NCBI RefSeq assembly: GCF_038025025.1
Contig: NW_027117342.1
Span: 1,426,001-1,490,000, forward strand
Reading direction: 5' to 3'
DNA: 64,000 nucleotides
DNA from: Phyllosticta citribraziliensis
Taxonomy: Eukaryota
The notes beneath the pieces were generated by a model. That model did no database searches. It saw only the letters and a program-made list of their open reading frames with translations, and had not been told where the DNA came from. Shown here piece after piece: positions 11,106 to 24,900 of the stretch (position 1 is the first letter of the stretch; each line of letters opens with the position of its first letter). The position numbers were made by a program, and so were the translations under genes.

Positions 11106-11255
11106 GATGGAGTTTGGCTTCTCTGTGTTTGTTTCGGGAGGGTTGGCACAATCGTGATGGTTTTCCTCAGTGCTGGTGACAAGCTCCAGAGGATGTTGCG
11201 TGGATGATGGACGGTCAGAGTGGCAGATGGCTTTCAAATACTTGGAAGGTTGCCG

Positions 11256-11392
11256 GCGACGCCGAGAAGTGCGGGAGCTTTCACAGGCTTTGATGCTGGC
11301 TCACAGACCGCGAGCTGCGTAGAAAGGAAGGCGGGCAGCGACGCCGAGAACTATGAGAGCTATCACAAGCTTTGATGCTGGCGAACAGACCG
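11256..11392. repeat. Degenerate 55-bp direct repeat, 2 copies, period 82 bp
   Basis: 11256-11310 versus 11338-11392 align ungapped with 47/55 identities (manual count). Confidence 0.85.
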
Positions 11393-11838
11393 TAGGCTTA
11401 GGGAGGCAGACTGAGATATTGGGACACAAGCTAGAAAGCTGAGCGGGCCAAGTGACTGGGAATCACAGATGGAGAAGGGGATCGGGGCGCCCAAGCAAGC
11501 GACATAACAAGATGACACAGCTGCGAGCATCGTCGACCAGGGCTAACATTTGATCACCGTTCATTTCTGAACATCTGGACCTTTGTCTATTCCCTGGCTT
11601 TTCAGTCCTGCGCAGCTGGTCTTGAAAGAGATGGCAATCCCCTGGCTCCCGCCGTGGTGGTGAGTGATAATTCTCTAGGTCCAGCCGCGCGGCTTCTCCT
11701 TAGAGTTACCTTATGGCGTCCGCTGTAATGAGACTGTGTTAGCATGTTGTCCCTCTATCTGGTAGGCTCCTTTTCCATCCGAGAACGTTAAATCGATGAA
11801 AGCAGCAAGACTCACTTCCGAACTTCAAGTAACCTCTT

Positions 11839-13376
11839 TCACACATCCACCTCGTCACCCCAGAACCTGCACATGGCCGCCACCACATCTCCCGGCATGC
11901 TGATTGGGAGCTCGTGGCCGGCTTCCAGAACAGTTGCCTCGAAATTCTCCCCACCGAGGGTCTTTTCCGCATCCTGGATTAATTCGTCTACGACGATGAT
12001 TGGATCTTGCGACCCTAGCAGAAACAGAACATCTCTTTCAGGCCTTCTTTTCTCCGCTGTCACCTCCAGGCTCTTGGTCTTCTTCTCTCTCAGGCGACAT
12101 CCAAGCTCTTGCCACCGCTCATTACACTCGTATATCGGAGCATGAAGAATGCTACTGACAAAAGAGGTGATAAATCCAGAATGGTGGCGCAATTGCCAAT
12201 TGACCGCGTTTGCAGCTGTCGCGTTGGGCCTGCCTGGAACAAGTTGCGTTGGATCAGACTTCATGCTCCCGCGACGGGTTTGCGTGCTGCTAGAGCATTC
12301 AGACGTGGATACGACGAGCCCTTGATTTCCAATTAGGTTGCCGGCTTCCGCTTCAGCAGCATCTTCCGCAGAAATGGTCCCCAATACCGTTTTTGGGGAG
12401 ACACTCCCAGAGTCTGGTGGAGTGTAGAGTTTCCTGGAGACCAACAAGTTCAAGAGCTGGGCTGGAAGCATACTGCTGCTGTTGTACAGAAGCTTGCTCT
12501 TCCATGAGATGTGGGCCTTTCGGATAATTCCTCCAGGTGCCACCAAGATCAGAGAAGAAACCAGGTTGGTGAACCAAGAAGCAAAGTCGGCCGCAACGGC
12601 ACCTCCCAGCGAGTATCCAACGATGGAAAATGCATTTTCGCCCGTCCATGAGAGAGGAGATGACTGGATTGCCAAGAATATCTGTGTTGAGTACAGTCGG
12701 GAGTCATGTGGGAGGTCTGCTGGTGCATCGGAGTAGCCACGGCCAAAGAAATCTGCGGAAGCGTCAGAGGGTCTGGCGAGAGACAAGAGTGTTCGCGCGG
12801 TCGTTTGTGCGGACGACATTGTTCCCTCCCCTAGGCCTGCCGAGAAACTACACCACTAGATGCAGAGCAGACTCCATATCGTTGGTTCTTGGGCAAGACG
12901 ACTGGTCCACGACGTTTGAATTTGAATCCACAGCACGCATTCAAGACCGAGCTGGAGATTTCCAATGTTCCGACATACGACTTACCAAAAAGCATGACCC
13001 TTCTGCCCCGTTGCACCAGCTCTGTTGCTACACCATTGAGCGCTATTGACGGCGTGCTAATTCCATGAAGCAGCAGAACCTTTTCTCCATCCTCCGGGCC
13101 CCATTCGTATACCCTCAAAGAGCCATATGGAGTTGCCACATCCCGTGCTCCAAGCAGTGCATCTGGCGGATATGGTAAGGCCTCTTGCTCAGCTGCAGAG
13201 AGCTGGGGGAGCACCGTGGTCCGTGGAGATGGCAAGAAAGAAAGGCTTTGCGAAGTCGCTCTGCGCTTGATGAGCAGGTAGAGAGCGGTGCTGGAGACGA
13301 CAGATATCACAACTGAGTGGATTGACAACTTCGTATGCCTCAAGGGTTTCCAAGCAAGGTTAGTGAAACGCTCCAT
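11839..13376 (-). CDS. Alpha/beta-fold hydrolase with N-terminal membrane anchor
   Basis: Two exons (intron 12985-12753). Motifs YEWGP, LLHGIS, F/DFFGRGYSDAP, nucleophile elbow GYSLGG, GSQDPI and AGHE. Confidence 0.88.
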
Positions 13377-16300
13377 GGCTAAGGTGTAGAGAGGAAGCGA
13401 CGAGGGTCAGCAGTTGCGGTCTAAAGGAAGGGCTCTTCGGCTATCGGTACATGTAAGCAACTACGTGGGGGTGTGGGGGGTGGCGATACAGGCAGGGATA
13501 TCCCGCTCGGCCCAGCAACACCACCACATCAACACTCACGACCTCCATCCACTCGACCTTGACAACAAATGCAGCCTTTCAATCCTCGACCCTCCCGACT
13601 TCGACTTCGCCTTAGATTTTACGATCGTCTTCTATCGAAATTCACACTCAACACCCAAGATGACATGCCAATCGGAACTGTGCCCCGACTTTTCGCTCTC
13701 CATTCGCCAAATATCGCGATGAAGCGCGCCAGCCATCAACGAGCAATCAACGCCTCTCCTTTCATGAAGTCAGCCGGGACTCTGCCTGGTCACCCGTGGG
13801 ATTCCCGAGAACTGCGCGTTCAAGAGGCCTGCCTTGGACAAAGAGTGATGCGTGGTACACAGGCAGTTGCAGGAAACAAACTGGTCTGCTTGGTCGTCAT
13901 GGGAAATGCCTTTTGGCCGGACTGGATAAGGCGACATTTCCCGGAAGGTGGGCTCAAGGCGGGCGCCAAAATGAATGGCAGCTCCCTGCGTGCATCTGAT
14001 CTGTGGCGATGAACGACCGCTCTGAGTCTGAGCCCACAATGGTGAACGTCCGGGCGACCGCGCCTGGGGCCAGACTGGGTTTGTCCATTCCAATGGCTCG
14101 CAGGTAGAATTTGCAGAGATCCCCCGACCTTCTAGGTGTTGCCTCAATGGTCGAGTCCCTTGTCAAGAAATTGGGTCCCACGGTCCTTCAAATCGTCGCT
14201 CTGGTGTGACGTTTCGGTATTGATGAGACTGGTTTTGTGTTCCAAAGGGGCGATCCCGGCCGACTACCCGCTTTGGCAGTCTGGCATGGTCTGCAAGCTA
14301 CCTCAGTCGGTTGGCTTTCCCTGCAGAACCATGTCGCACATATCTTTGGTGTCTGGTAGCGAGCTTGGTTCTTGGACAGCCTCCTCCTAGGCCTGGGTCG
14401 ATTCTGCTTGAGACTTGCCGTGTCGCTTTCCATGGATCCATCTCGTAGATTTTGGAGAGATATGTCGCCTTTCAACACACTGTCAGCGTCCCGCGCGGAG
14501 AGAAATTCGTCAAAGTAGAACGTCATGGTTGCTGATAATGCGGTGTACGGATGCCGACGCAGGGATCAGTATCAACAAGGACGAAGGGGCTATATTTTGA
14601 AGGCGAGAAGAGATCTTGGCTCCGGACTTGAACTTCTGCTAAGGTGGGGACCCGACTCAAGTCGGAGATTATCATTGGAGAGTAAGCTGACAACGGAGGA
14701 GTAAGCACATCATGAAGCATCCGTCTGACACCTGACTCTGCTCATGGCAGATTTTGTTTGGGGACATTCTATGACAGCTCCGTGTGCGCTTCACGTGGTG
14801 ATTTTAGCCATGTTTACTGAAACTTGGGGTCGAAATCTCAGGCGTCGTCACTATTTGCTCAGAATGCACATGGCCGACCCGGTCTCCAACATGCAGTACG
14901 TCGCCGCTGTCTGAAGCTCGGGACCACTGAGTTTCTCATCTTGCGAGGCATGGCGGTTTTCCCGTTCAGCGGCGAGACGTTCTACGCTTTGCAACAAGCA
15001 AGCCAGGATCCATGCCTTTGAGATGCTCGGTCACGGTGCCCTTTGGCGCTTCCGACGCGTTTCGACTGTCATCGGCCAACCAAACACTGTCAAATATGAG
15101 TGCTCTTCCACGGTCGCGCGCTTCTCAGGCTCGGCTTCCCGTTTACCGCTAATTTGCGACGGCGACGATGCGGAACATGTTCTTTCTGCACGGGAACAAA
15201 AGCAGCATTTGCGATTTCAGGCTTTCAAGGGTGGCAAATGCGATTCCTTCCAGAATTTAGAATGGAAGCATGTGCTCTGCAGCATCGGAGATTTCCCACC
15301 ACCCGATATGTAAACGAATGTTTTCGCAAGAACGAGAGAAGAAGTTCAGGGCAGCCGCCCATGCAAGGTGCACACTGCTCCCGTGGACTTGCACGTTGGG
15401 TCTCTCAAATCACCAATCATGCAAGCTTCCGCAGCTCGTTGTATGTTGGCGATGATGCTGACTACGCACAGACCGAGCGAATCATTTTCAAGGAGACTTT
15501 ACTGCGCTCGCTTGCCAGGAAATGTCGTTGAGAGGATCGACATACAATTGTCTTTATTTGACTTTGAATGATCTCATACTCACTGCACCCTGAACTCTAT
15601 GTCAAAGACTGTCAAGCTAGGACATTGAATCATCGGACCTTTTTGTTCCTTGTCCAACGAGGCATAGGCATTCGGCCGCAGGATACCGATCCAAGCCAGG
15701 CGCTGGATGTTTTGCGCAAGTTACGGGTATCTAACTCTAGCCACAGTCCTCCTAAACAGTGTGGTGGATGTTGGCCTGACTGCCGAGAACCAAGACGTCA
15801 TCAGTTTGACGGCCGAGATGCATGAGAATGACCTTAAAAATCTGGGCTCCAGGAGCACGCCAAAAGCCACCACCATCCGCTTCTGGAATCTGTCATGGCC
15901 CTCAAGTCATCTCTTCCATTTTGCCATTAGATTGTGGCTCTAGAAATGGTTGACACCTCCGACTCAAGAAGGGGGGTACATTGTATCAGCATTTGTGGCT
16001 CATGTTCCTGTCAAACCCCCCCAAAAAAAAGTCATGGGCAAGTTGTTAGGGGGTCACAGCGGCCAAAAGTCTAGCTTCCCTGCCCCATATGCAGCCGTGC
16101 AAGCGATGGTGCTGGGAAGAAGCAAGTCTCCCTATCACACCAACCTCGGATGCCTCCGAAAACCTCTCGTGTATCCCTGCTGCCCATCAACGAGCTGTAA
16201 AGCCATGATGCGAGTGGCGCCATTGACTGATTCGTAACGCCCATCTCCCCATTCAATCGCATGAAGCGAATGGCTAATCTACATGCTTCACACTGTAGGA

Positions 16301-17744
16301 TATCCCTGTGGAAGAAATCGAACTATGTGCTTAGGGCACGGTTCCAAAAGCTTGGGGTCCACCATTACCAACTCTACACTGACTAGATCCTCAATCCGAC
16401 GGCCGTCGGGCTGTGGCGTGATTGAGCTTGGAAAATCCGCGTCGATGGATGTTTCTTCACGTCTACTTCGAACGCGTGTTTGCTCGATCGTGGATGGACG
16501 CCCTGATCCGATTCACGCCACATTAGATGTCAAAAGAAATGTCGCATTAGACTACGGCTGCTTCCAGTGAGCTGTCGCTCATCGCTTTGGATGGTCGAAA
16601 GGAGCTGTGGTTTGTTTTGATTCAATTTGGCGCTATCAGGATTGCACTGATGCCCGTACCCACAATCAACCTTTCAAATGTGAGACCGCATCGAACACGT
16701 AGGCCGTCGGACAGTTCGAACAGCTACAACAAGTCGAATCTTGGCCAACGGAAATCGGTCCAGTCTTCTGGGCCGCCATGTCGTGCTGCAGGGAGTAATA
16801 CGTCCCAAAATGCTTCTTTCTCTGCAGTGTAGATGGCGCAGGTCTTCTATCGATTTTCACTTCTTCGACAATGCTTCTCCCGCAACCTAAATCGGCTGGC
16901 TGCAGGGCATTCTTCTCTGCTCGTCAAACACCGAAACTGATCAGCACACCTTCAGCCCTTGGACTGAGGTAGAATTCAGGTGTCTAGGTTCGGTTACTAC
17001 CCGGAACCCGCGCACAGTGCTTGGCAGATTCAAGGTTAGCCCGACCGCTGCAAAAGCAATGCTGCGGAACTAACTCCTCTCGGCTCTTATCTGTCGGCTT
17101 TCAGCGCTGGATGATGTAATGGTGCGTAAAAAAATTCCTTACTTTGGAACTCGGGTCCAGACAACTAAGGTTCTAGAGAATGGGGCTGCGCAGGTGGCTT
17201 TTGTCGTCAAGCGATCGTGCCCTCGCGCGCTTCCCGCCGCCATTGCACCAATCAAGGCAGTCCCCTTGAAAATGGAACTATCATGTTCCTCGAACGAGTG
17301 AGGTGAAGACGTCTCAAAAATATCCGCTGACAGGTTTCATCTGACCGCGGAAACTCTTTTGCTCGCCGCGACATGTCCCCGCATGTCGATCCCCCCGCAC
17401 CAGCCAGGATTAGCATGCTATAGGGACGCCCTATTACGCATTTTGTGGTAAACGCTCTCACGGTAATAGGGAAAGTGTTGGGCGCAGGATGACGTTAATG
17501 GCCAATACCCGGTGCATAACATGCTGCAAGCTCACCAGTGGGCCAGCGGATTGCTTGTATCAGGTAAACCATAATGGAGTTACCCCTCATTCCCTGCATC
17601 CATATGGAGCTGCTCACCGATACGCAACATATACCTCAGCTTGCGTCCGTTTGCATGTTGACAAGCAGTAATACTTGAGCATCAGTCGCAAGCGGCATCA
17701 CGTTTCCAGCATCCAAACCCTTCGATTCGTCGACGTCGATCGAA

Positions 17745-19202
17745 ATGGCGGTCCAACCATGGTCAAACCTCCCAGAAGCGCTGGGAGGCCAGAATATCCT
17801 CAATCAGCTCGATGATTCCTTCAAGACAGACAGTATTTTCCTCGCTTTCGCGACGACAGACGCAATCAAGGAGCCTCAGACGTTTGCCATCAAATCCAAG
17901 GGAAGTGAGGTCGCACTTGTTGTGACTGTTTGCAGTGGCAAGGGCAAGATCAAGGTCGGCAAAGATGCCGAAGCGTCTTTCACCCTCGTGGCTCCCGGAG
18001 AGGACTGGGAGTCCTTCTTCAGGCAGGTTCCGATCAATCCATACCAAAGCTTTTGGGGTAAGCAGACAAGTAGTGATCCAAAATGACACAACCTGACGCA
18101 GCACAGGAATGCTCACGCGTGGACTGCCGGGCGTCAAAGTCGAAGGTTCCGAGGCAAACTTCAACCATCTTTCCCACCTCTGGCGTCGCGTGCTTGAGCT
18201 CATACGCGAAGCGCACTCTGGACATACTCCGACGGATCCGGACCCTTCCGACACAGAAGAGGACTTCATTACGGGCGAGTACAAGTACATCACTGCGCCG
18301 CTATGGGGACGGAACAAAATCTTTATCGAAAAGGCAGGCTCGGGAAGACAGCAGATTCTCTTCTTACACACCGCCGGGTCGGACAGTAGGCAGTATCACG
18401 GCGTCATGAATGATCGCAGGATGAGGGAGCGCTGTTCCATGTACGCGGTGGACCTTCCAAGTCATGGGCGCAGTTTTCCGATCAAGGCCTATCCCCCCGG
18501 AGCACACACCAACACCGAGAATGCGTATGTGGGATTTATCGCTGCAACGGTCAAGAGACTTGCGCTCAAGAAACCAATCATCTGCGGCGCCTCAATGGCA
18601 GGACAAGTGTGTTTGGCCATTGCAATGAGACATGAGGAGGTCGGTGCTGCTGGAACGATACCTTTGCAGGGGTAAGTAAATTGCGCGTCTTCTTGGAGTG
18701 GCAGCAAACTGATCCGATATCCTCTAGGTGTGAGTATATTAGCACGACGCGCAACTCCAACGACCGCTCGCCCTATGTCAACCAAGCACTTTGGAATCCG
18801 GAGTGGATCTACGGCATGGCGGCGCCAACAGCACCTCCATCCAACAAGGCGTTGCTCTGGCACACTTATTCTGGGCAAGCGTACGGCATCTTCCACGGCG
18901 ACTTGGACTTTTACTTTGGCGGGTTCGACGGACGCGAGCGCCTCAAGACGATCAACACGCGCAAGTGTCCCGTCTACATGCTGACGGGAGAGTATGACTG
19001 GAGCACCACACCAGCCATGAGCGAAGCCACGGCGGCCAAGATTCCCGGCGTGGGGTTCCGCGTCATGGAAGGGTTGGGGCACTTTCCGGCAACCGAGAAT
19101 CCTCAGCGCTTCATACCGTATTTGATTGAGGCGATTGACTGGATTCAGCAGAAGAGGAAGGAGGCTACGGACTTGAGCCTGCTGCGCATGACCGATGATT
19201 GA
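17745..19202 (+). CDS. Alpha/beta-fold hydrolase with N-terminal extension
   Basis: Three exons (introns 18058-18106 and 18672-18727). Motifs FLHTAG, DLPSHGRS, GASMAG, TGEYD and GHFP..ENP. Confidence 0.88.
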
Positions 19203-21366
19203 GGGGTTTGTGAATGGCTCGTAGGCCGTTGGCGGAGAAGATGCTCTTTCTTTTCGCGCGGCTAATGGCTTCTGTCTTCATTTCTTGTTGTGCAGTCACT
19301 TGAATGAGGAATGACTTTTCATTTCCACTTCCCCAATATCTTGGGAGATGGGATACTGCCTACGCGCGTGCCCTTCTTAGCGCTACTCCGTCCCCAGCTC
19401 TCATAGCAACTCCCCTCGTCCTTCTCGACCCTCCCATCAAGATTGTGGCTGCGCCGCACTCCACACGCCGCTGCTTCTTCGGCTTTCCATCCTGCTGGAC
19501 AACATCGCGTTGTAACTCGCCCGACGCACATGCATCTATTGTCCCCAGGGCCGTGCCCGTCAGTGTTGAAGAGGGTTGGAGATATCACTGCTCCGTAATG
19601 AACAAGGGGCACGGAAGTGAGTGACTAAATGGGACAAGTAAAGGTACACTTCCATGTGGCGTCTTTCAATGCGCTTCGCAAGAATCAACTCTCCATTATC
19701 CTCCCCGCCGATATCCAGCCATCTAGCCGGTTCCAGATTTCCTTCGCCGTGGCAGAGTCTTGAAAGAGGGATCAGTTATACGAGTTTTGAACACGAAAGG
19801 TTGGGTTGCGCAGGGTCAAATGACTTGAAGATGATGCTGGGATACAGGTATCTTTACACTGAAAAGCTTGCGCGGAGAACCAATTCAAGTTCCTGGGTGA
19901 GAAGGACGGGGGCCATTCAAATGACTTGGAATGCTAGATACGCGGACTGTTCAAATCACTTGAAGTCAAACGGGCAAGAAACTTTCAATTTCCTTGAAGT
20001 AAGAGTAGAAAGGAATTGTTCACGCTCCGTCAGGGGTAAATATGAGAGGAAAGCCTTCAGCCATTGCCAATGAATCGCTGAGACTTCAGTGGTCTACAAA
20101 GGTTGCAGTGACCAACACAGCCATCCTGCTGATCATTGATTTGTTCACTTTCACTGATGTTGTCATCTTTCACAAGATTTGGAGTCTGGCTTACTTCTTT
20201 TCTCCACTTCCTTCATTCGCATGAAACCATTTGAATCGTGCGTGTTTGGTCACCATCTCCTGCGCCGGCTCTGTCCAGGTGCGTGCAGACGGGCTATGCT
20301 GTTGAAGCCTCTCTGCCCGGAGAAAGAAAATAGTTTAATTGGTTCACTTCACTATCTTCCGTGCTCCATATCCGGCAGCATAATTTCAGAGTTGCCCCCC
20401 GACTAGACCCCCCTTTCTTGTGACGATGTTCTCTCATTTTTGGCTCGCGATGGTCTTCAATCAATTGGAATGCCCCAATTGTTGTCACCTCACTACGTCC
20501 ATGCGCCGCATCGTGGTCGCCCTGTCGGGTGCAATCTGCGCCGGTCGGCTGGTATCCGCAACATTGCAACTCCAAACACCGCAGAGGACGAAAGACGAGC
20601 TCGATTGAGCGAAATATTTGTCCACATAGCGGCCGCGATGTCAACAAGCAGGCCGCGTTGGTCGAAGAATTCGAGTGACCGCCATGCTGTCCATCATCCA
20701 ACTCTTTCCCCATCTCTACCAACGCTGCTCCGCGTGCCACTTCTCCCCACTGCCCACCCGACGCTTTCTCCTGGCGTAAACTCGCTCGCCGTACCCTTTT
20801 GCGCTGCCTCCGTCTCCACACGGACGGACGGGGCAGCAGCCGGCGGCCGCAAAGCCAACGAACGCAACGTCGGCCGTCTCATCCCCTACGTCAGTAGTCC
20901 GTCAGCCCACCCGTCGTCAGTCGAAACGAGCCAGCGACCCTCCTCTCCTGACCACCCACACTGCCTGCCGCGGTACGGGTACGGAGCAGCTGTGGGGGCA
21001 CTGCAAACGGAAAACACGACGACCCGGTCCCGACTGCGTCTCATCCCGTCCCATCGACCGGCACGGCACAGGCAGCCTGTCTGCAGACGTTTGCCGACGA
21101 GGCGCTCCGAGCCACGTCCGAAGCGAGCGCGAACAAATTGGGGCACAGCTGCGAGACACGACGAGCAGCCGTCCACCGCGTCGCATCGCAAGACGCAACC
21201 AAAAAGGCAGGACCGACGCGGATTCCTCGTGGACCCGCCCGCAGTCGCGTGGAGGCGCACGAGCCACTACCGCGCCGTGCACGGACTTCATCAAATTCTT
21301 CAACACCACGCACCCTCCGGCCCCTACGACTGCAAAACGATGCTCCTGAGAAGGCAAAAAGGATGT

Positions 21367-21465
21367 TGATGAGGACGAGACTCGAACTCGCGCGGGTTGC
21401 CCCACCAGGAAACAGATATTAAGGTAACCTTAACCTGGCGCCATAACCAACTCGGCCACCTCACC
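21367..21465 (-). tRNA. trnL-AAG: tRNA-Leu(AAG) with ~17-nt intron
   Basis: Reverse strand folds as a cloverleaf: acceptor GGTGAGG/CCTCATC plus discriminator A; D arm GCCG-AGTTGGTTA-TGGC; anticodon stem CCAGG/CCTGG with TT-AAG-G then intron; long variable arm GGG-GCAA-CCC; T arm GCGAG-TTCGAGT-CTCGT; a T5 Pol III terminator follows. Confidence 0.95.
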
Positions 21466-21910
21466 GGTGAACAGGGGCAGAAGCTGCTTAGGAGCAGCTG
21501 CGCTTGTTGTTGGAAGCCTTCTCACATGAAAACACTATAATCCACACACGCAAAAGTCGTCCCAGTTCCGAGGGATAGTCGGATGAGACACCTGCTAGTA
21601 TTCCCCCTTTTCGCCCCTTGGTCGAGGCACAATGTTGTCTTGAAATTTCGGGGGTGCAAATCATAGATTACCATGAGGCTTTGAGACACGTGAATAAAAC
21701 AATGCAAGGTCTATAGCCACACCGTCAAAGCAACCGACAAGTGTGAAGACAAAAGAAACTGAGAAAGAAAATTAACCGCAAAGAGATGGCCACAAAGAGA
21801 CTGCCGGAGCAATGAGCAACGAGAGCAGCAGCAGATCAGGGTCTCCAATGCAAAGACTGCTGACCTGGACGTACCTGGGAGCAATGCACGACCAAGTCGA
21901 CTCGTCGATC

Positions 21911-21940
21911 CAGCGCAGCGCAGCGCAGCGCAGCGCAGCG
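21911..21940. repeat. (CAGCG)6 microsatellite
   Basis: Perfect tandem pentamer read directly. Confidence 0.9.
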
Positions 21941-24900
21941 CGCCGCCCAGTCCAACCCAAGCGCTGACGGCGCCGGCGGCCATCACATATCACATTATTC
22001 TCGCAGCGCAGCCAGTCTCGACAAAGCCAGAACGGACCAGACGCTCCGCGCAGCGGCTGACTGCGACCTCACCATCCATCAACTCCTCCTCCCATGAAAG
22101 GGGGAAGCAACGAGTGGCAGGTGACAGCCCGACGGCAAGACAAAGGGAGAAAGCGGGCACAAGCAGCGATGGATCAAGGAGAGTGCTCGGTCAAGGCGAC
22201 AGACAAACCGACGCCCGACAAGACAAACAAGGAGGGCAGAACGCCAGGGGCCGGCCATGGGCTACCCACGTGCAGACAGCGCCGCTGAGAGAATAACCTG
22301 GTACAATGGGTACCTCCAGCGCGCGCGCGTTAAGGTTGGACTGGCACTCCTGCCCAACAAAGAAAGACGACGCCAGCTGGACCATCCAGCCAGACCACCA
22401 CCGAGACCAGGCCAGCCTACGGGACGTACCGGTAGCAGGGCCACTCGCGTTGACAGTCTAGTCGCGCCTCTCCCGCCGCATGGCCATCACGAGCACCTCC
22501 ATTGATGGCTTGCGCCCCTTTGATCGCATGGCATTGCTCCCCCATTTTGCGCAACGCAGCGAGCGGAACAACAAAAGGAGAGAGATTGGGAGTCGGTGCG
22601 CCACACGCCGTGGTGCAGCTATCCGTTCTCGACGGCCATTGCCTTATCTGGCAGCTTTTCCATGGTCTGCCACATGCCACATGCTACATGCTGACGGAGC
22701 AAGCACCCAGACCAGCGCCTGTGCGGCGCTCGCGCGCGTGCTTTTCTTTCATTTACCGATTCTTTGGGAGAGGAAAAGGAAGGGGAGGCGTGCGCGTGCA
22801 GACGCCGGGCGGGCGGGCTGCCTGGCTGCTCCATGTGCGCTCGTTTTCGCTTTGTTGGTATAATTCAAGATGAGGGAGGTGGAGATGGGCATTGTTTTTC
22901 CTTTGCTTGTTTATTGCGCGGCGCCTGTCGCGGCGGCGCCGAGGCGTGATTGACCGGTTAGATGCAGCAGCAGCAGAGGTCTGAGAAGAGTCCGTCCGGA
23001 CGCATGTAGGTGTAGGTGATGATGTGCAGCTACCCCGCCTGCGGTTGGAAAGATGGTGGTGATGGTGGTGGTGTGCTACCCGCTTGCGGTAGTCTGCATC
23101 ACACAAAGACAGCTACAAACCTGTCATGGCCGAGTTCGTGGGTAGGTTGGCGGAAGAGGAGAGACATTCCAAGTGCCGAACGAACGCATTGTTTTGGTGG
23201 ACTGTTGCACCGCCTTAGCTTGTCCGCTGGTGATGCATGCGCTCCATGGCATGCAGGTCTGGCTGGGCGCATGCGGTTCTTGCCCAGGATGGCACGTTGC
23301 ATGGCGGATGGTGTATGTAGGGAACAATACGACCCTCTGGGAACCGCATAGCAACTGACTCGACATGGCCTCGACCGGTACGACAAGTCAAGACAGGAGT
23401 TGGTCGATGGAAATGCCCGCCTGACGACATGGCCTTGCATCGCAACACACCACTTGGTTCTCTATCCCAATCCCTTTCTCCACGGCGGCCGCAGGGCCTA
23501 AGCGCTGCAGGCAGCGGTAAACGAGATGCGGGGTCGACGGACGGCCATCTTTCGGAACTCGCGCAGACGCGCGTGCAAGAGACGGGCGAAGCATTCATGC
23601 CGTCGACGAAGGGTGGGGGAGGGTATGCGGACGCGATTCGCTGCCTTTCCTCTCGGATGAGGTGGTGTGGTGGGATGGCTCCACGCCTTGGCGACCAGCT
23701 GTTGAGGTAGGCGCAAATCCGGCTCAACGGCAATAACGCTGATTGACTGCGGTCAGAGCTAAGCATTCTTTGCGACGGTCGCAGCCAAGCATGGCGCAGT
23801 GCTTGAGTCTCCACGGACGGCGCTTTCGGGTCGGATGCTGTGTGAAGCCGTAAGCAAAATGATCACAGGCAGCAAGATTCGCGCCAAAGCGTTCGTTGCA
23901 TGATGGTTGTCCAGCATCGGATCCAGTGACCATTGTGTAGCAAGCAGTGCTTGACCTGCATGCGAATCTCCTTGCGCTTTGCCAGTCCAAGCTGTGTTTA
24001 CGAGACTGTTTGATGCTTGGTGTTCGATCCGACGACGGCCCCGCCGAACCGACCCCAAATGCCCGGCGATGGCGCGCTGGCAGCCAATCATGCCTGGCAG
24101 GGATCAACATTTCTGGGCGGCTGAGTGGTTGCTGAAAAAAGCAGCCGACCGAGAGCATCAAGCTACCAAGAGCTTGGAAATTGGCAGAGCTACCACCGGA
24201 CATCTTGCCATGCTGACTGCTGCGCGGCCAACTGCAGGATGCAAAGTCCCAGGAAAGAAACATGCCGCACGGACACGACGCAGCACATTGCACCGCATCT
24301 GACGAGACTACATTTTGTCTTTGCAGTCTGCAAACTTGCATGATTCGATTCTAGAACAAGCCCATGGTTTGATGAAGAGCGCATTGTTTCGAGCGCAACG
24401 TTTGGCAGCAAAGAGCCTCAAGAGACCGGGAGGCAAGTCGAGAACGTTCTTGAGCCTTGCCTGAAAGCCTATACTCTCGATTAGAAAGCTGTTGCCCAAA
24501 GAGCGTGCATCTGGCAAGGCTGCTCGCCAAATGACGAGGCGTGCGCCATGCACTCAATGCAAACATTTGGATCACGATCTCGATTCAAGTCTCTAGATTG
24601 GGGACATGGTCTGCTCAACGAGAATTATACGGAGTCGTGCAGCCGTGTCTTCAAGGCCGAACAGCTCGAGACCAATGGGAGACGATCGGCGGCTGTATGC
24701 CTGCACTCTGGCCAGCGTGAAACACAGCCGGGGGTGTAGCCGTTCCTATCTTTGTCGAGACGAAAGCCACCTTGCCCGCCTCGAAGTCACTGAATCTGGG
24801 GTACAGCAGAGGATCAAGATTACCGACATTGCACCCTGAAACGGGCCTGAGGAAGAAAATAACTCATGGCGTTGGAAGCTTAGAGACTGGCGAGTAAACA

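Noticed and set aside
20440..21369. 309-aa Arg/Pro-rich ORF
   Set aside because: Composition typical of GC-rich non-coding DNA; no domain; non-ATG start; runs into the tRNA 3' end.
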